Shown: positions 1-15,376, counted from the whole stretch's first letter. The stretch is 60,491 nt of DNA, filler included, from Ionaspis alba (GCA_964255285.1; 11 parts of 11 records of this genome joined end to end with filler, not necessarily neighbours in it), one strand, 5' to 3'. Numbers and translations: made by a program. The notes: generated by a model not told the origin, from the letters alone.

Positions 1-180
1 CTAATCTTTGGACTTATATTAATTTATATTTTGTTAAAATTTTCAAATATTTCGATTTTTTTTTTTCTTCAAAAAGTTTCTTATTTTATTATAAAAACTA
101 TATAAAACGATTTATTGAAAGTTTGCGATCAATATACAAGAAATAATTCGTAAAAATACTTTATGGTTGTGGTGATACTC
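1..180. repeat. AT-rich, RIP-like degenerate repeat flank at scaffold start
   Basis: Very AT-rich, TpA-rich and poor in CpA/TpG compared with the ~50% GC genes next to it. Confidence 0.5.
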
Positions 181-373
181 GAATTTGCTCAAACTACTAT
201 ACAAATTTGGTGGGGCAAAGAGCAAAGTTGAGCGCCAAGAAAATGCACGGTTTGTGAAAACGCTAATAGTGCGAAATCTTGGCGTGGGGTATCTACTCTT
301 TTTTTTTTGGGAGCGCATTATTGTTTTCCATCCGCGGAGCGTCAACTCCGCTATTCACAGCCTGCATCCAGGT

Positions 374-2446
374 ATGGCCTCAATCCAGGCGAGGAAGAGG
401 AGGAGGTTGAGTCCACCAGAGTCCCCAGACTCAGATACATCTCCGTCAACGCTTGTTGAGGCTTCTGACGCTCCCGGTTTGGATGATTTCTTCACCAATG
501 CTGCACGCTGGAATCTCGAGCAAGATTACGAGAACAGGCCTAGAAAATTGAAGAAAAAGGAGAAGGAAAATACGAGACTGCCAATCAAGACTGCAGAAGG
601 ACGGATTGAACGACTGAGGATACCGGAAGTCAAAGACGAAGATGAGGATAGCTGGCTCGGTTCCGCAGACGGGGACGAAGGTGGGCTGGAGCTGGAGGAG
701 GTCAAAGAGCAGGAACCAAAGACCTCGAACAAACAGCAAGTAATAGAAGCCAAAGAAGAATTGGCTCGTATAGCGTCTCTGGTCAATGAGGATCCAGAAG
801 AACATACAGGTGCTTTCAAGACACTAGCTCAGATTGCATTGTCTCCCAATGTTACTGTCAAAAAACTTGCTTTGGCTACACAATTGGCTATCTACAAAGA
901 TATTATCCCCGGTTACCGGATACGATCTCTAGCAGAGGCCGACATGACAGAAAAAGTGTCGAAGGATGTGCGGCGGCTCCGAGCGTTCGAACAAGGGCTA
1001 GTAGCATCATATCAAAAGTACGTGAAAGTGCTGGCCAAGCATGCAAAGGAGAGGCGAGGGGATGTGCCACAGAGCGCTGCAAGTCTTGCTTCCGTAGCAA
1101 TATCCTGCGCCTGCACCCTCCTCCTCGCGGTGCCGCACTTCAATTTTCGAGGTGATTTGGTCAAGATTTTGGTGGACAAATTGAGCGGCAAACGAGTAGA
1201 CAAAGACTTTGTCAAATGCCGGGAGACGTTCGAGACGCTGTTCCGTGATGACGACAATGGCAATCCCTCTCTCGACGCTGTCACAACTTTGACCCGAATG
1301 ATGAAAGCTCGTAACTACCGCATCGACGAGGCCGTCCTGAACAGCTTCCTTCACCTCCGCCTCCTCTCTGAGTTTTCCTCTAAAGGTTCCCAAAATCACA
1401 TTGACAAGCCTACGAACCAAGATTCCCTTATCAACGGCAAGAAACCGAAATTCAAGAAAGTGTTCCGCACGAAAAAGCAGCGCAAGCAAGAAAAGGAGCG
1501 CAAAGCTGTGGAGAAGGAGTTTAAAGAAGCTGACGCGGTCGTAAGCCATGAAGAGCGCGATAGGATGCAGGCCGAAACACTGAAGCTGGTCTTCGTGACG
1601 TACTTCCGTATTCTGAAGGCGCGAGTCCCACATCTCATGGGTGCCGTGCTCGAAGGTCTGGCCAAATATGCCCACCTCATCAATCAAGACTTTTTCGGCG
1701 ATCTCCTCGAAGCCCTCAAGGATCTCACGACTCGCGCTGGCTCCTCTTCGACTAACTCCGATGCAGAGAAAGACTTAGAAAGCCGTGAATCGCAGAATCC
1801 CACCGCTACCCGCGACGCCACCAGGGAATCGCTTCTTTGTATCATCACTGCCTTTGCCCTCCTCGAAGGCCAAGATGCCACAAAGGCTGCGACATCACTA
1901 AGTCTAGACCTCAGCTTCTTCACCGCCTACTTATACCGCTCACTACACTCGTTAGCGCTAAATCCCGACATAGAACTGAGCGTCAAATCGTTGCGTCTCC
2001 CCGACCCGCATAGCCTCGATCAACCACCTTCCACAACAACGACAAACAACAAAATCAACATCCAAACAACCACCGTCCTTCTCCTCCGCTGTCTTGCCTC
2101 CATCCTCCTACCACCTGCCTCTACCCGCTCGGTGCCACCTATCCGTTTGGCGGCTTTCTCGAAACAGCTACTCACGTCGTCACTGCATCTGCCCGAAAAG
2201 TCGGCAGTAGCTGTCATGGGGCTGATGAACAATGTGGCTAAGACGCACACACGGAAGATTGCTGGGCTGTGGAATACGGAGGAGAGGAAGGGCGATGGGG
2301 AATTCGATCCGCTGCGCCCGGATTTGGAGGGCAGCAATCCGTTTGCGAGTACGGTTTGGGAGGGAGAACTGTTGAGGTTACATTTCAGTCCTGCGGTGAG
2401 GGACAGAGTGAAGGGATTGGAAAGGACGATGGGTAGTGTGAAATAA
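374..2446 (+). CDS. NOC3: Nucleolar complex protein 3 (NOC3p + CBF/Mak21 domains), single exon
   Basis: ATG at 374 (MASIQARKRRR). Motifs RLPIKTAEG, IYKDIIPGYRIR, VPHFNFR, LEGLAKYAHLINQDFFGDLL and SNPFASTVWE. Confidence 0.95.
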   Translation: MASIQARKRRRLSPPESPDSDTSPSTLVEASDAPGLDDFFTNAARWNLEQDYENRPRKLKKKEKENTRLPIKTAEGRIERLRIPEVKDEDEDSWLGSADGDEGGLELEEVKEQEPKTSNKQQVIEAKEELARIASLVNEDPEEHTGAFKTLAQIALSPNVTVKKLALATQLAIYKDIIPGYRIRSLAEADMTEKVSKDVRRLRAFEQGLVASYQKYVKVLAKHAKERRGDVPQSAASLASVAISCACTLLLAVPHFNFRGDLVKILVDKLSGKRVDKDFVKCRETFETLFRDDDNGNPSLDAVTTLTRMMKARNYRIDEAVLNSFLHLRLLSEFSSKGSQNHIDKPTNQDSLINGKKPKFKKVFRTKKQRKQEKERKAVEKEFKEADAVVSHEERDRMQAETLKLVFVTYFRILKARVPHLMGAVLEGLAKYAHLINQDFFGDLLEALKDLTTRAGSSSTNSDAEKDLESRESQNPTATRDATRESLLCIITAFALLEGQDATKAATSLSLDLSFFTAYLYRSLHSLALNPDIELSVKSLRLPDPHSLDQPPSTTTTNNKINIQTTTVLLLRCLASILLPPASTRSVPPIRLAAFSKQLLTSSLHLPEKSAVAVMGLMNNVAKTHTRKIAGLWNTEERKGDGEFDPLRPDLEGSNPFASTVWEGELLRLHFSPAVRDRVKGLERTMGSVK

Positions 2447-2659
2447 GGACTATACAATTATATATATCCTTCACTTATGGTTCGTGCGAGGACATTAAGT
2501 ACTTCACGGCTACGATACCAGAAATCACTGTTAGATATTTTGGTCAACCTTATGAAGAGTTTCTCGAATGCAGTGCAGGCTGCTAAAGAGAAAAGGCTTT
2601 CAGGCTCGCGTCTGGATCCACTAGTCAAGACGGCCTGATCACGAACACCTCATGGACAA

Positions 2660-4745
2660 TCACCCCGTTGTTGAATATCTCCCCTTTCCATCTGTCAGAT
2701 CGCAGACCCCTTCAACTGTCCCATTCACACGTAGCTTATTGCCATAAACGTTCCAAAAATCGCTATCCCAAGCCGGCATAAGTCTCGAAGGCTCCGGCTC
2801 CAGTTCCGGCTCTGGCTCACGTTCAGCGTCGCTGGGCACACTTACACTTGTAGAAAGCTGTGGAACAGCTCTGGGTCCCACAGGCACCTTTATAGTGGTC
2901 TTGGCTTTGACTTCAACGAACCTGTTCATTTCATCCTCGGAGAAATCACCCAACAGATCGAATCTCCCTGCATGCGAGAAAGCCGTCTTTTGCTGCTTCT
3001 CTGACCTTTTAGTCTTCGAAGCCTTCTTCTTTTTCTTCGCCTGGGACTGGTTTTCCGATGTGGTAGACTCTACAGGAGTGTACAGTGGGACACCTTGGCC
3101 GCTGGAATCGCTATCACTAAGCTTATGGCCTTTCGATCTGGAATTGAGTGTTGGGGACTTGGTATATTGGCTTGTTCCGTTTACGGCTTGGATCAGAACA
3201 CCTCCACCTTCAGGAAATGATGATGGCGGAGTGTGCCATGCTTCTTCATCGGAGACAGGGTCGATGTAGTGGCCGGCGCCTTCAAGCTTAGCTGATAGAC
3301 GAATGAGAACTTTTGCGGTCATGAAGCTGTCGTAGCCTGCTTCATGTGCCGGAGTGTGGTTTTTGTACTTCTCGTGGTCACGGTGTGTTTCTATGGTCGG
3401 GACATGCTGGTTTGTGAGGTCTGTATCCAACTCGTCTAATCCAGATCTTACATTAATGTCCGTACTTTGGTGCGTTGCCATGTATTTTGTGTCAACGATC
3501 AAGGGGAAGAGTTTGTGCATGATCACCAAGAAATCCTCCAAGCGGTCTGGCAATTTTCCAAAGAAGCACTTGTAAAAGTTGATAAGGTCCATGAAAACGT
3601 TGTGTCCTACCAAGACTGCTCGCTTATGACCGAGCTGGTCCTTCAGCTCCTGAAATTCAGCGGTGACCTTTTTCATGTCAACCCAAACGGGCTCACCATT
3701 TATCGGACGGATGAAAGAGACAGGATCGATGGCGTCAAGATTGCCGCCAGCCATAGCTTCCACGATCCACCTCAAGCCGACTTGTCGAGCAACTCTGTCT
3801 TCGAAAATCTTTAGCTTTGACTTCCTGATTGCGTCTTCTCGTTCCTTGTCATAGGCCACGATCTGTATGAAACCTGGCCGACTGATTGTAACCAATTCCG
3901 GGTACTCGGCGCGGACCAACTGGTGAACTAGTCGCTTCTGATAGCCATTCAGACCTCTGTCCGTAGAATTCATACTTGAATAGCCTTCCGGAGCAATGTT
4001 CAGGAATTCAGGAAACTTCTAGAGAGTGTATTAGCGGCCTTCCTCACCAAGCAGGACAGAGTGCTGACGAATTTCCGGTTCTTAAACTCCTCTATCTGTT
4101 CTCGTACCCTCTTTACGAAGTTCAGAGCCTCTATTTCATTGCTTGTGAGATGTATGTCGACTATGCTGTCCTTATTTGCTCGAGCCAGCTCCATCTCCAT
4201 GGCCGTTTCTTGCTCTTCCCTGGATAGATAGTTTACTCCGTGCAGAAATGGTGCTTCCATCCTAAAGCCATGACCGAGAAGAAACTCGACAGCTAGATTC
4301 ATTAGCAGAGGAAGGCATTGACACTACTCGATGATACCTACCACCACTCTGATATGAGAATATCCTCTCAATGTCCAGCTTTTCAGTGAGTATTGGGTTC
4401 AAGAAAAAATTGTAGGGCCGCGCCGTGTATGTTCCTATGAAGAGTGAGTAGAGCAGCCCACAATATCTAGAGGCAAGTTATAAATTTACCCCTCCCCGTA
4501 TCTTCTTGAACAACAGTCAGGCCCACTTGCAGGACCTGATATTTCTCGGCCGCTGCCTTTGCCTCCTCATATCTCTCCTGAAGAGTTTGCTTATTCCCAC
4601 GACTTGTGCTGACAATCTGGCCTCGATGGATGGGCTTGCTATGAATTCCAGACAATTCTAGGTCGAGTGCGACAAAATGAGCGCTGGTGAGGATTTTGAG
4701 AATTTGAGACAATTGCCACGAAAAGGCTATTTGATCTACATCCAT
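2660..4745 (-). CDS. CAF1-family DEDD 3'-5' ribonuclease with R3H insert (PARN/Triman-like); 4 exons
   Basis: Motifs FVALDLELSG, LQVGLT, R3H-like YQKRLVHQLV, LVGHNVFMDL, VDTKYMA and HEAGYDSFMT. GT-AG introns at 4435-4489, 4293-4341 and 4019-4068 keep the frame. Confidence 0.9.
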
Positions 4746-5279
4746 GTCTATGATTGATGGACGACACGAGAGATACTACGCAGAGAGGCTCTTCCACCAC
4801 AACTGATACAGGCAGTACGAGACTGTGAGCAGTCCAATGCAAACGATCGAGGCAGACCGTGAAGGGCTAGTCAATAGCTTGGTTTTGAAAGAAGGAACAA
4901 CTGAGATGGAAAGCGTAAAAGAAAACTTGAGCGATCAGATCATAGAGTATTAAAGTTTGTCAAAAACACATTGTTTGCTGCGAAGTGTTGATGTATGAAG
5001 AATGGATGAATGATTTGTAGAGATCCAGACGAACGGATCGTCTAGATTCCATATCATTTACAATACACTCTCCTTATGGGTAATACCATCACCTGAAATG
5101 AGAGCTCAGCCGAGACTGCAAGGTGTACTATGACACAACAGTCCGTAGCCAATTGAGGTGAAGCAAGTATATTCTATCACCAAGATATCAGGCGTCCCAG
5201 TCTTCTCAACCGTCGGAGTGGTAGGCACTAGTATGTGGTCGTAGGGCTGACACAATAATGAGCATCCACTCTTGGCATA

Positions 5280-5450
5280 TAAGACTGAATTCTAATTATA
5301 AATATAGTTAATATTATCGATTACGATTATAATTGAAGGAATTTTCCGTAAAACAACGCGATTTAACTAAAATAATAAAATTTTATAATAAAAATAATTT
5401 TTCGATTACGTTTTTAAATTTTTTAAAATTTATTTAACAAAATTATAAAT
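5280..5450. repeat. AT-rich, RIP-like degenerate repeat flank at scaffold end
   Basis: Abrupt switch to very high AT with abundant TpA; surviving C/G are often in CpG. Confidence 0.55.
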
Positions 5451-5550
5451 NNNNNNNNNNNNNNNNNNNNNNNNNNNNNNNNNNNNNNNNNNNNTTAATT
5501 AATTAANNNNNNNNNNNNNNNNNNNNNNNNNNNNNNNNNNNNNNNNNNNN
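5451..5550. other. Artificial scaffold linker N44-TTAATTAATTAA-N44 (also at 10997, 16535, 22067, 27595, 33119, 38633, 44131, 49593, 55052)
   Basis: Ten identical 100-nt spacers with stop codons in all six frames; the scaffolds between them decrease monotonically in length. Confidence 0.99.
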
Positions 5551-5570
5551 CCACGTCTACTCTGCCTGCT

Positions 5571-7444
5571 TTACCGCCTAACCTGACAAATAGCCAACTT
5601 CCCCACCCCCTCACTCCATCTGAAAAGTAGCGTGACGCGTAGATAGAGAAGTCGGTGCTCCAGATACTTCAGCAACTCAGAGCTCGAAGTGACCAATTCT
5701 TCTGGCGTCCGGCCGAGAAGTTGCTCCCACGCTTGATCGGACCAGACGAGTTTGCCGCAAGCTATGTTCCCTGTCTCGTCGATCAAGGTCCCGACCTGCT
5801 GGTGTTCAGCACTCGACAGAAGGTATTGGGTAGGTGAACGATGTGGCTTACTAGACGAGGATTGATCCTTAGTGGCACCTCGTTCTCGCATTGCTTACAC
5901 TTCGTAGAGGTGGCGTTGGCGTAAATTGGTACACCACAACTGAAATTATTAGATGAGCTCAAGTACCAAGAGGGTATGCATATACCATTCGGTACAGCAG
6001 AGCATGTTTCGTTGGTAAAGCTTCATGATGTTGAGCTCCTTTATCAGCACGCTTAGAAAGCCCACGTGGTTCTCTGCTACCGGATCAATTGTGCTGACAG
6101 GATAAAAATGGTAACAGACGCCTACCTGAGGGCGCTTCTCGGACGCTTTGATAACATATCAGCACGCACAGAGCACTGGTGAGTTAAACAATTCGCATAC
6201 AATTCATCGATATTAGCCAACGTAAACAAAGCCCTCATCTCCTCTGTACCAGGCCTCCCCTCCATATCGATTACTACTCCCATCAGCAACCTTCTGATCT
6301 CAACAACCCTTGTCTTCTCTTACCTGCCTCAGGAAACGGCGGATTAACATGATCCCTCTTCGTCAACTTCTGCGCAAACTCCCTCAACCACTCGGCATCC
6401 CGCATCTCCGGATCCACATCCACATGCGTATTCGCCTCTATCGAAAGCGTTGGTCCTCGATCGCTCGTGAACTTTGGATTCAGCATTAGCAGCACAGTAT
6501 GTGAAGGCTTCCAAATGGATGCTGATGAGGTCATTGAGCCCCAGAGGGTAAGCGTGGCTTCGAAGGTGTCGTCGAAGACGCGGACGTCGCGCTTCTCGAG
6601 TGGTTTGCCTTTCTTTGAGGTGACTGTCGCAAGACGTCAGTCTCAAGTCGAAGTTTCGCACTGGGCCAGATGTCCGAAGACGACCGGATCGCAGAGTGGA
6701 TGAACTCACACTTCTTCCGGCCTCCAATACTCTTCACACAAACCAAGACCTTCCCATCCGCAACATCATAGCCGCCCTCCACAAAGTTTTTCAGAGTCAT
6801 CAGACCTGCCAGCTGTTTCCCATTCTGATAGCCTAAAGGCGTCTTGCACAGAGTGCCGGTGTCACTATTATCCTGAATCGCGAAGTAGCAGCTATTATCC
6901 CGCTCGGGAAAGATACTAGTAACCAGACTAGCACTCTGCAGTGTCAGAGAAGTAAAGTCCGTGTTCGAGATGTGAGGCGTCCAGATCGAGACGAGTTGGC
7001 CCAGACGGAGATTGTACGTGACTCGAGCGTACCAGAGCTTGACCTGCGTAGCCTACAGTCAACGAAGAATATCCGAGGCTAGGGAGACTCGGGACAAGTG
7101 ACGTGACATACCGCCATCGCGCCTGTATCGTCCTTGACGATGATCTTGATGGATCCCTTTGCAGCCTGAGGCATCTTGCTCGGATTAGCCTGATCGTGGA
7201 AGTTGACTACTCTACCGGTCACGAGGACACAGCCAGGTCCGGGCAGTAGTTCAGCGATGTTGCTTTCGTGGTATTCGACGCGAGCTTGCCATTTGTGTAA
7301 GCTTGGATGAAGTGTAGCATCAACTTCCTCTCTTGTGAAACCATCTGCTGGATCGAGGTGTCGGTTAGTGGATGCATCTTTGTCCTGCTGGGCTGGGCTC
7401 TCCTTCTCGAAGAAGGATTGGATGGATGCACGAGGGTATGACAT
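5571..7444 (-). CDS. MEIOB: Multi-OB-fold ssDNA-binding protein with C4 zinc ribbon, MEIOB-like; ~7 introns
   Basis: Spliced product reads VTGRVVN...IIVKDDTG...VKLWY...LVSIW; VLVCVKSIGGRKKFTSKKGKPLEKRDVRVFDDTFEATLTLWG...WKPSHTVLL...VDVDPEMRDAEWL; CCTECC...CKQC...LIDETG...EQLLGRTPEEL. Motif order matches metazoan MEIOB as recalled. Confidence 0.75.
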
Positions 7445-7800
7445 GATGTGTAGGATAAGAATAAGTCAAAGATCGAAGTTTCGATATGGGAATGGAGGTT
7501 ACTGAACCGCATGTCAGTACGATTTAGGGCAGACGACTGTTCATGTCAAGCGAGGATTCGTCAGCAAACATCAATCAAAATGTCCTTTCACAATTCGACT
7601 ACCCGGGCGAGAGCTCCCCATTTAGTGTATGATATGTCATTCTTGCTGTTCTAATGAGTGTAACGGTAGATCATCTACCTATCGCGGAAAACATAACGCA
7701 CAACTCGAACTCGTTCCCTTGTGAACTCTCGTCTCTTGGTCGACTATACTTCGAGCGTCATTGATGGTACTATGACGTGTCGAGCTATGGACTTTGGCGA

Positions 7801-9519
7801 TCAAAATAGCTTGTGCTCCAGAGTCATGTCTGATTCAGGCTGAAGGCCAACACAAGCACGGAAGATGTTCGTCAACGCAGCACGTTGTTTGGCCAAGGAG
7901 TTAATGACAGGTGTTCCCGGAGGAGTCAAAGGAGCCTTCCCAATAGTCAGTACCAGAACCAAAAGTGAGTGCACAAATCTTTACCTTCAGCATGTAGCTC
8001 AAAATGCTGAGCACACTATGGAAGCCTCTGTATTCCTTCGAACCAGCAGCATCACCATCCGCAGCCCTCCAAGAGATGCGAGTCATGATTTCGGCAATGA
8101 TGACCAGATCAATGATCAAAGGGGAAGCTAGAAGAGAGTCTTCGCAAACATTGAACAAGCTGATAGTCTGATGACCTCCCATGAAGATCTCGGCGTAGTA
8201 TTCGTCAAGTGCACGCTTGTTATCACCGACGGCTGGCATGTACTTGATCACCACGGTGTGATCGGGATGTTCGCCGGGCTTGTACAGAACACTATTTGCT
8301 TCGACCATATCATCAACAACATTGGACTTGGAAATCTCCTTGGAACGGAATTGTCTCTGAGAGCTAAGGTTCATGCCATCGTTGTTGCCAAGATGGTTGT
8401 AGCTTGCAATGGAGGTGAGCTTGATACCAGCATTGATCAGGAAGTCTACCAAGGCGGACTTCATTTTGGTCTGGCCAGATTTGAAATCATCTCCTCCGAT
8501 GAACGCTCCGTGCTTCTCGGCTAGCTTGATGGCTCCTGGGACGAAGGTGTTCTGAGGAGAGCCATTGATGAATGGAGCATCCTCGAGAATACAGGCGACA
8601 GCAAAAACGGTGGAAGGAGACACTTCTTCATGACCAGTTTCAATGGCCTTTATGAGGTTGACATCTGTGTCGTTGACACCCTCAATGATGTCTGCATAAC
8701 GCTCAGTGTTTGCTGTCCACTGGACAATGACCTTGTCAAGCCCGTGAGCGGCTTTGAAGTCACTATGTGGGTGTCAGCGTGGTTAGACCAGTCAGTGAGC
8801 TGTTAATCGTACCGGATATCCTTTCGGATCTGTTCAACATGTGCCATGGAAGCCTTGGAGCCATCGATCAGATTATTTGCGCGCTCTTCCTGATTGGCAG
8901 CAATGAAATCGGGATAGTAGATGGAAGGCAAAGGGGTCATCCCAGCCATCTCCTTCTTGACAAGGTTCTTCAGCGAAGGTTCCAGGACAGCAGCTCGGTC
9001 CATAGCCTCGGCAAGGTTCATGCCACTAATATCCCATCCACCAATGACAAGGTCGTTGGGGTGTACCATAGGGAGAATATCGTGGAAAGGTATGTTGATT
9101 TCCTTCCCCGTCTTGGCTTCGGTACCGAGCTTGACAGTGGAGCCCATGACGACTGAGCCATAGTAATTGGCAGCACGTTCGCCTTCACGGGTATCCCAGA
9201 CAAGTCCACGACGGTTGGCGATGATGCCGGCGGTGACTGTGGTTCCATTATTGCCGCCCCATCCTACCAACATCATGCCGACCTTGCCGACTTTACGATT
9301 GACCTTGAAGTCGTAAGCAGTCTCTTTCGGAGAGGCAACATATTTGCCATCACCGGTCTTGGAGACAGAAGTGGTACGATAGACATACTTGCTTTGAATC
9401 TCCTCATCGGTATAGACCACGTTAGGGGAATTGACGGTGAACAGGTCCTGGGAGGTGGCAGAGGCGGAATGGCCATTGCCGTTGAGGTACGGTTTAGGAT
9501 CTTCAGCGTGGGGTGCCAT
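7801..9519 (-). CDS. INO1: Myo-inositol-1-phosphate synthase; introns 8763-8812 and 7936-7984
   Basis: Motifs [38 protein letters not shown] and C-terminal DMTLEHKLF*. Confidence 0.97.
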
Positions 9520-12111
9520 GATGATCGGATATCAAGTATATCGATTGAGAGTGGTTTCCTAGGTATAGATAATGTGTTTACTGGACGTATGGTATGTCTC
9601 CTGCACCTCCTCTAGCGGAGCGTCTGCCTCCGTTGTACGGATGGTGAGTCCTACAGGGCCACACGTCAACCAATGGTCATGGAAGCCCAATATTCGTCTC
9701 GTTGACAGCACATAGGATCACGTAGGGCGGGCAATAAAACCACTACTCTAGGAGTGCTGAGGACTTACGAATTGAGAAGATTGGAAAACGTGGTGACGAC
9801 GATCTGTGACCGCACTTCAGAAGTGCGATCTACCAAGTAGAAAGTGTCTGAAATATTCTAAGTCTTGTCCAGACTGTAGTTATGAGTGTTCGTAAACAAC
9901 GATCGCAACAGTCTAGTTATTGTGGTAGAGAGAACAGAAAGTTGTTGCCGAACGGAAATCCCCCCACCATATCGGTGATTTTTCTTAGACGAATCCCCTA
10001 GTACTAGCGTTCTGGATAATTGATAAGACAGGCAAACATTATCCCGAGACAAAAAGCTGCGGTTTCGTTATTTGCATATCGCTCCGCATATGAAGAGGAA
10101 ATTTAGTCATTCAATATTGTCCGCGACACGTTTGCAGAAGAGCCACCAACTCGTTGACCTCGGTAATCTGACGGAAGTCCTATACGCACATTGCATGATC
10201 AACGGTTGTGGCTAAAATCTCTGCCACCCTAACGAGCTGACAATATAAAGATAATGGTGGTCCCACAAGCTGAGAATTCATATCAAACCATCCATATATC
10301 GTTGTCTTCTTGGGCAATCTGTCGTCGCTTGGACGGCAACGTCGACTTATGGAGGCGCTAGTATCGAGCTCGGTTGGATCTTTCACACTCAAGGCCTCGC
10401 AGAGCGATTTCCGAAGCTTCATCGAGTTACTTTCCTGACTCCGGCTATGAACAAATTCAGAGGCTTTCTAGCTTCGCCTTTGATGTCGCCTACTCGAGAG
10501 AGTGCAAGGAGTACTCCTAGGACAAGGTTATCGTCGGCTAAAAGGACAATCCTCCATTCACCTTCTCTGGAGCCGGATCTGATATTTGCGGCCCTTAACA
10601 CTTTGTTACCACTTGACGTACTTGTACGTCATCCATGCTTTAGCAACGTATTTCTATCGGGGAGTAAAGTGCTTATGCCTTGGCAGTTTGATGACATGAC
10701 AGTATCTAGGCTTGGCATATCAAGGATCATGATTAGGATGAGGACTGTGATTCAGTGCACGGACCAAGGGGCAGAAGCTTAAGTGTGGCGCCATCCCTAT
10801 CCTTACCCCTGACCATCATTTGCTGCTTTCGGCCTCCTTTTTCCCCATTCTCCACAGGACAACGAATCAGCGTCGATGGCAGCCACATTCCCATGATTTG
10901 TTTCGTTTCTTCCACATTGTTTACTGGCGCAGCAATCATGTTGATCATCTTCTCCATGTCTTAGATCTGTATTTGTACGCATTGGCAAGCACTCAANNNN
11001 NNNNNNNNNNNNNNNNNNNNNNNNNNNNNNNNNNNNNNNNTTAATTAATTAANNNNNNNNNNNNNNNNNNNNNNNNNNNNNNNNNNNNNNNNNNNNTGTT
11101 TGACTAATGTAACATTTTGTCTACCAAACGATGTTGACAATAAATATCTTAAGTAGCCTGGTCCGAGCTTTTTTTACCCGAAGTTTGAATTTTTTTTAAA
11201 CAGGCGAGACGGTGTTGACTGCTTAGACTACGACGGTGTCTTCTGCCACTACACCATATAGCTACCTTACTCGAGCAAAAGATCGTTCATAAAAGTCATC
11301 CAAAACTCTGCTAACAACGGTGACAGAAAAAAGCCCACATCAATTTCTTCAGCTCAAGATATTGATTTAAGAAAGACAGTATGAATTTTATCTTTTTTGG
11401 ACCTGCTTACTCAACCTGTATGCGTTGGATTTCGCATTTTCTAACAGCAATTTGTCCTATTCGAGTTCGAACGATGCAATCATATCAAGCAAGTTAAACA
11501 CCACGAGCAATGCGGGATAAGGAAGATTTGGTTTGCAGTGTCTAGGCTGTCTTCTAACTATGTAAATGTAGTCATGGTCGAATACTGTCATGGTTTACTT
11601 CCAAACAAGAGACAATCATGCTCTGTCTCCATCCCGTTTCCCTCACCATTGCGGGTTGTAAATGCATGATAATAAACAGATAACATTAGATCACTTTACA
11701 GTGCTCAGCGTAATTGTGAATTTTGCAAATGCCATGAAATTGTAGCTAAAAAGCTCTATGATCTATCAATGTTTGCAAGTCCACCGCCATCAAATAAAGG
11801 TTGCCTCAAAACCAGCCAACGCCGGCGTCTCCTCCTCAAAACAACCGGTCAGCAGTCTTCTCTCCTCTCCAACGACATATTTCGTGCGACATCGAAGTGT
11901 GTGCCAGTGCCGCCGCCAGTAAAAGAACTAAAAAATTCTAAGTAAGTTGTTCTCGAACAATCTCGACCGGTACGAGAGCATGCATGTCTGCCAAAGTCGT
12001 CTGATCTTCTGAAACGAGTAATCGCCGGGTATAACACGATCTATGGGGTATGCAATGTCAGAATCCATGGGCCTCTCCTTTGAGCACAAGCAGGACCGTC
12101 GGAACAAATGT

Positions 12112-14844
<2,733 letters not shown>

Positions 14845-15376
14845 GGTGTCGTCTTTGTTTTTCTTTTCGTGAAAAGAGCGACTATGAGAAGTAAAGTTGG
14901 TAATCAAAGAAGATGAGGATGATGGTTGTGAAGAGAGTGTGTTGTGGAGAAGTGTGTCGTGGTTGAGGATGATGGTAAGATGTGCTGAGTTTGTCGCATT
15001 TTTAAGATTTCTCAGGGAGGAAAGAAATAATTTAGGCGCTAGTAGCCTTGCCGCTTTCTTGGCGATTACGAACCAGATGGACCGTAGGACTGCGCCACCC
15101 TGTCATAAAGCTGCAGATTTTCAGATGAGGACATGTGCATCGTGAGCTGCTACATAATTCCACTGGAAAATAATTACATTGTTCTATGATTCTTTAGACA
15201 CCTGGCGGCGATGATTTTCCAATAATGTAAGATTTGGTTCTCGGTCGCCGTATCTTCCAAATTTCATTCGTCTATCACAAGGAAATAGCCTGGTACAGTC
15301 ATGGCAGCAGCTACCCTCTTTGAATTCTAGCATACATTTCCAGTATACATTTCCAGTATCCGAATAATCTAAACGC

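Noticed and set aside
185..373. N-terminal extension of the NOC3 ORF from TTG at 185
   Set aside because: Non-ATG start in AT-rich promoter sequence; the first ATG is at 374.
15332..15357. Tandem 13-bp duplication ATACATTTCCAGT
   Set aside because: A simple slippage duplication in a 3' UTR with no further structure.
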